Assembly: GCA_965206645.1 (NCBI GenBank)
Contig: CBDBKE010000004.1
Coordinates: 2,156,642 to 2,220,641 of the forward strand
DNA length: 64,000 bases
Source of the DNA: Terriglobia bacterium
Lineage (GTDB): Bacteria > Acidobacteriota > Terriglobia > JAJPHL01 > JAPKYU01
Direction: 5' to 3'
Position numbers and translations under genes: made by a program. The notes below the pieces were generated by a model. The model was not told where the DNA came from and did not search any database. It worked only from the letters and a program-made list of their open reading frames with translations. Below are positions 60,274 through 64,000 of this stretch, in pieces (within the stretch, counting starts at the first letter, position 1; every line of letters starts with the position of its first letter).

Positions 60274-60514
60274 CATCGTGAACCGATGGTACAGCCAGAC
60301 GGCGTGACTGATAATTTCAGCTGGAAAGCGATGCCCTCGATATTGTGATTTCATCCGCTAATTGTGCCTGATTCTGCCTTAACTTGACAAAGCCTCGCGT
60401 AGAATTGCCACTGAGCCGCCGCCGAGTTTCAACAGCGGGCGGGGCATCCCCGCTGAGGGGGGAATACCCTGCTCAGGGTTCACATCTCGCCATCACCCAC
60501 GTAGCACACCAGCT

Positions 60515-63500
60515 ATGGCTCTGGAACTGAAGTACGCGTCTGACACGGCCCTGCTCCTCGACGACTTGGTCGACTCGCTGGGTAGGCCGGGGAGTGCTGC
60601 AGGCGTGGTGGTGCCTGTGCTGATGCCGGCGCTGCCCCTGGTGGACCGCACGAAGGTCGTGCTGGCCCAGCGTCACGGGGTGGCCATGGGTGTGGCGTTC
60701 TTCCTGCCAAGCGCCTTCATCGAGCACATGGCTCAGCTAGTGGGTCTGGATCCGGTCCATCCCTCCTGGCGCCCGCAGGGCCTGGCGTGGCGCCTGGTAC
60801 CACTGCTGGCGGCCATGGTCGAGGACGGCGACACTCCGCGCCTGCGGGCGGCGTGCGCGGACACTCGGGCGCGGCAAGCGCTAGCCCACGACGTGGCCGA
60901 CCGCTTCGACCAGTATCTCTATTTTCGACCGGAGATGATTGCCGGCTGGGACCGGGGCGAGACCTGGGACGCCCTGCCAGAGGCGGCTCAGGGCGATGAG
61001 GCCTGGCAGCGAGACCTGTGGCGGCGTCTCTCTGACGGGCTGGCCGACCACCTCCATCCGGCCGTACGCCTGCGTGATCTCGTGACGCGCATCCACGCTG
61101 GCCAGGGTGACTTGCCGGCGTCACTGGAAGTCCTGGCCATCGGGCCTCTGCCCCCGACCCTGCTGCCACTGTTACGCGCGCTGGCGACCAGAACCAGGGT
61201 CTGCCTGCGCGCCCTGCTCCCGTCGACTGAATACCTCGGCGACCTTCGCGCCGGTCGCACGCAGATGCGGGCCGGGCAGGCTGTGGACCTCGCCTGGGAA
61301 GGGCACCCCCTGCTGTCCCATCTGGGCAAACAAGCCGTTGACAGCTTTCGCAGTTTCGAGGAGGCACTCGTCACCGAAGGTCAGGAGTACGACGTGATCG
61401 CACTCCCCGAACCCCGGTCGGACACACTCCTGGCCCGTCTGCAGGCAGACATTCGCGCGGCGCGGCAGCCGGGTGCCGCCACGACCTCCCCGCTGGTCAC
61501 ACCGGATCATTCGGTGCGTGTGCATCGCTGCCACGGTGCCCGACGAGAGGTGGAAGTGCTGCGGGATGAATTACTGGACGCGTTCGAGAGCCTCCCCGAT
61601 TTGCGGGCAAGCGATGTCTTGATTCTCGCTCCCCAGCTGGATCTCTACGGACCGCTCGCCGAGGCGATCTTGCGGGACGGTGACCCCTCGTTGCCGCTGC
61701 GGCTCGCGGAGCGGCAGATCGATCGCAGCGACCCCTTGGTGTGCGGGACGCACACGCTGCTGCGCGTGGCCGCTGGCCGCGTGCCCCTGAGCGAGGGACT
61801 GGCGCTGCTGGCACTCCCCGCCATCGCCACACGCGTCGAATCGCTGGGTACTGACCCGGCCACGCTCGCCGATCATGTGCGTGCGGCGGGTATTACGTGG
61901 GGGCTCAACGCGGACCATCGTCGGTTGATGGATGCCGGCGACCAGGGCACGGGGACGTGGCGCGAGGGGTTGGACCGGTTGCTGGCGGGCGTGTGGCTGG
62001 GTGACGCGGACACCGCCTCGGACGGGCACCACCGCCCGGCTTTGCCGGTGTCGGGCGACCTGGGTACCGACCCGGCGGCGATGAGCGCGTCACTCGACTG
62101 GCTGGACGGCTTGGTGTGCCTGCTGGACGACTGGCAACGTGAGGTCAGCCCCGGCCAGTGGGCCGACCGCCTGGATCAGGCGCTGGACCAAGTGTTTGCT
62201 GCCGGCGACGATCGGTTCGACTCGCTGGCGGCCGTGGACCTGGTCGGGCAGCTCCGCGCCGCTGAAACGGACCATGCGTGCGATGTCGCCGTGGACGCCG
62301 CCACAGTGGCCGACTGGTTAGACCAGGTGGTTGAGGAAGAGGTTCGCACGGTGTCCCGGGTCGGTGGGGGCATGGCGATGGGCGGCTTCAAGCCGATGCG
62401 TGCCATGCCCTGCCGCGTGCTGGCGGTGGTGGGTTTGCACGATGCCGCCTTTCCACGCCGAGCCCGAGCGCCTGCCTGGGACCTGCTGGCCGCGGCGCCG
62501 CAGCGTGGCGACCGAGATCCGGTGCGCGAAGACCGGCAGCTGTTTCTGGACGCGCTCTTGGCGGCCGCCGACCGTGTGATCCTGACGGCCACAGCCCGCA
62601 ATATCCGCAGCAACAAGGACGAACCGCTCTCGGCCTGCGTCGATGAATTCCTGCGAGTGGCCGCGGCCACCGTCTCCGACAGTACCGACGTACGGGAGAC
62701 GACGTACCGGGACCTGATCGAAGACCACCCGCTGCAACCATTCAACGCGGCCTGCTTTACCGGCGCGCGCGCCTCGTTCGACACCGGCCGCCTCGAGGTT
62801 GCCCGCGCGTGCCAGCAGCGGCAGGAAGAGGCCACACCGTTCCACGCCAACGTGTTCGAGCCGCCCGAAGCGGTCCAGTCGGCCGACCTCGAGTTGCACG
62901 AGATGATTCGGATTCTCAAGGATCCCTGGGCGGCCTGGCTGGGGTCCCTGGGGGTCGAGATCCCACAATCCTGGGACGATCCGTTTGCTCTGGATCGGGA
63001 GCCGGTGGCCGCCCCAGCGGGCCTGGACCGGTGGCAACTGCAGACCGCGGTCATTGATGCCGTACTCGAGGGACGGACCTCGTTTCTGAAGGAACGTCTG
63101 GCGGCCAACCGGCTGCTGCCGTATGGGATCCTGGGCGCCGCGATGGGCAGACAGGCGGTGCAGGAAGCCGAGTCCCTGGCCCGACGCGCCCTGCACGAGG
63201 CGGGCGGCCGACTGCAGCCACAGCGTCTGGTGTACCGAGACGGGTGCCCGCCGGTGGCCGGCAACATTGCCGTCACCCCTGACCGCCGGCTGCACGTGCT
63301 GGTCAGGCCCACAGAGCTGAAGGCCGCCGCCCATCATCGTCTCGATGTGTGGGTCCGCGCGACCTTCGCCGCCGCCTGCGGCATGCGCGGCGACACCGTG
63401 GTGGTGTCGAGAAATGGAGAGCGCACGAGGGTGGACCAGCGGCCGGCCATGGCCTCAGATCAGGCGCGCGCCGCGCTCGACCATCTGCTGCACCTGTGTG

Positions 63501-63799
63501 CACACGCACGGCGGTATCCGTTGCCATTCGGGCCGAAGACCAGCTTTGCGGTGTTCGCCGCGGGTCAACGTGGCGTCAACGAGACCGACAGAGCCATGCA
63601 GGCCTGGTACCAGCAGCACCAGGGCCCGCCGGGTGAAGGCGACAGTGCCTCTGCGCGGCTGACGTGGCGCGATCGAGACCCCTTCGCGGAGGAGATCTTC
63701 GACGAGTGGCGACGCTTGGCCGCAGCAGTCTTCGGCCCGGTGGAGGCTTGGTTCGCGACCATGGCGACCCCGTCGCGGCACGAGGCCGACGGTGGCTAA
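60515..63799 (+). CDS. recC: Exodeoxyribonuclease V subunit gamma
   Basis: FDQYLYFRPEM, HPLLSHLGK, LLARLQADI, HRCHG..REVEVLRD, PMRAMP.RV...GL, DRQLFLDAL and HPLQPF. Confidence 0.93.
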   Translation: MALELKYASDTALLLDDLVDSLGRPGSAAGVVVPVLMPALPLVDRTKVVLAQRHGVAMGVAFFLPSAFIEHMAQLVGLDPVHPSWRPQGLAWRLVPLLAAMVEDGDTPRLRAACADTRARQALAHDVADRFDQYLYFRPEMIAGWDRGETWDALPEAAQGDEAWQRDLWRRLSDGLADHLHPAVRLRDLVTRIHAGQGDLPASLEVLAIGPLPPTLLPLLRALATRTRVCLRALLPSTEYLGDLRAGRTQMRAGQAVDLAWEGHPLLSHLGKQAVDSFRSFEEALVTEGQEYDVIALPEPRSDTLLARLQADIRAARQPGAATTSPLVTPDHSVRVHRCHGARREVEVLRDELLDAFESLPDLRASDVLILAPQLDLYGPLAEAILRDGDPSLPLRLAERQIDRSDPLVCGTHTLLRVAAGRVPLSEGLALLALPAIATRVESLGTDPATLADHVRAAGITWGLNADHRRLMDAGDQGTGTWREGLDRLLAGVWLGDADTASDGHHRPALPVSGDLGTDPAAMSASLDWLDGLVCLLDDWQREVSPGQWADRLDQALDQVFAAGDDRFDSLAAVDLVGQLRAAETDHACDVAVDAATVADWLDQVVEEEVRTVSRVGGGMAMGGFKPMRAMPCRVLAVVGLHDAAFPRRARAPAWDLLAAAPQRGDRDPVREDRQLFLDALLAAADRVILTATARNIRSNKDEPLSACVDEFLRVAAATVSDSTDVRETTYRDLIEDHPLQPFNAACFTGARASFDTGRLEVARACQQRQEEATPFHANVFEPPEAVQSADLELHEMIRILKDPWAAWLGSLGVEIPQSWDDPFALDREPVAAPAGLDRWQLQTAVIDAVLEGRTSFLKERLAANRLLPYGILGAAMGRQAVQEAESLARRALHEAGGRLQPQRLVYRDGCPPVAGNIAVTPDRRLHVLVRPTELKAAAHHRLDVWVRATFAAACGMRGDTVVVSRNGERTRVDQRPAMASDQARAALDHLLHLCAHARRYPLPFGPKTSFAVFAAGQRGVNETDRAMQAWYQQHQGPPGEGDSASARLTWRDRDPFAEEIFDEWRRLAAAVFGPVEAWFATMATPSRHEADGG

Positions 63800-64000
63800 T
63801 TTCGACCTGCGCACCACCGACGTGCCCCCCGGCCTGTCGGTCATTGAAGCCAGCGCGGGCACTGGGAAAACCTGGACCATCTCGCATCTGGTCCCTCGCC
63901 TGCTGGTGGACGGGGTGGTCAGCGACATCGGCGACCTGCTACTGGTCACGTTTACTGAGGACGCGGCCCGCGAAATGGGCGAGCAGATCCGCCGCCAGTT
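63792..64000 (+). CDS. recB: Exodeoxyribonuclease V subunit beta (5' part)
   Basis: My translation from the GTG at 63792, which overlaps the recC stop: IEASAGTGKTWTI...LLVTFTEDAAREM. The gene runs off the window end. Confidence 0.9.
   Translation, partial: MANFDLRTTDVPPGLSVIEASAGTGKTWTISHLVPRLLVDGVVSDIGDLLLVTFTEDAAREMGEQIRRQ

Noticed and set aside
60383-60405. TTGACA...TAGAAT promoter upstream of recC
   Set aside because: The hexamers are only 10 nt apart, which is incompatible with sigma70 spacing.
62176-63337. Long antisense ORFs over recC (also over rtcB, rnr, comEC and the TIGR03437 gene)
   Set aside because: These are typical GC-rich shadow frames with no motifs; the opposite strand carries clear genes.

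Overview
This is GC-rich bacterial chromosomal DNA, most likely from an Acidobacteriota member. The basis is a TIGR03437-type Solibacter C-terminal-domain protein and the valS-nadC-birA-coaX gene order. Bases 1-37.3 kb are mostly housekeeping genes: galU, ffh-rpsP-khpA-rimM-trmD-rplS-rnhB, tpx, a cytochrome c peroxidase, archease-rtcB, pheA, tldD-pmbA, valS-nadC-birA-coaX, rlmD and comEC. A first accessory region (about 37.3-43.5 kb) starts at a tRNA-Ser 3'-end remnant. It carries four same-orientation 34-bp imperfect palindromes with 13-8-13 (loxP/FRT-like) geometry, which separate blocks of captured and partly truncated genes. No cognate recombinase is present in the window; this array is the most novel-looking signal. 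A core block follows (rnr, carD, gatB, an aldolase, an IS-disrupted histidine kinase, argC-argB-argA-like with ARG boxes), bracketed by two apparently identical, inverted IS1380 copies. A second accessory region starts at another degenerate tRNA 3' remnant (56.4 kb) and holds IS1380, a truncated ApeA-like HEPN gene, an IS3 remnant and recC-recB. All family assignments come from motif recognition by eye; no searches were run.
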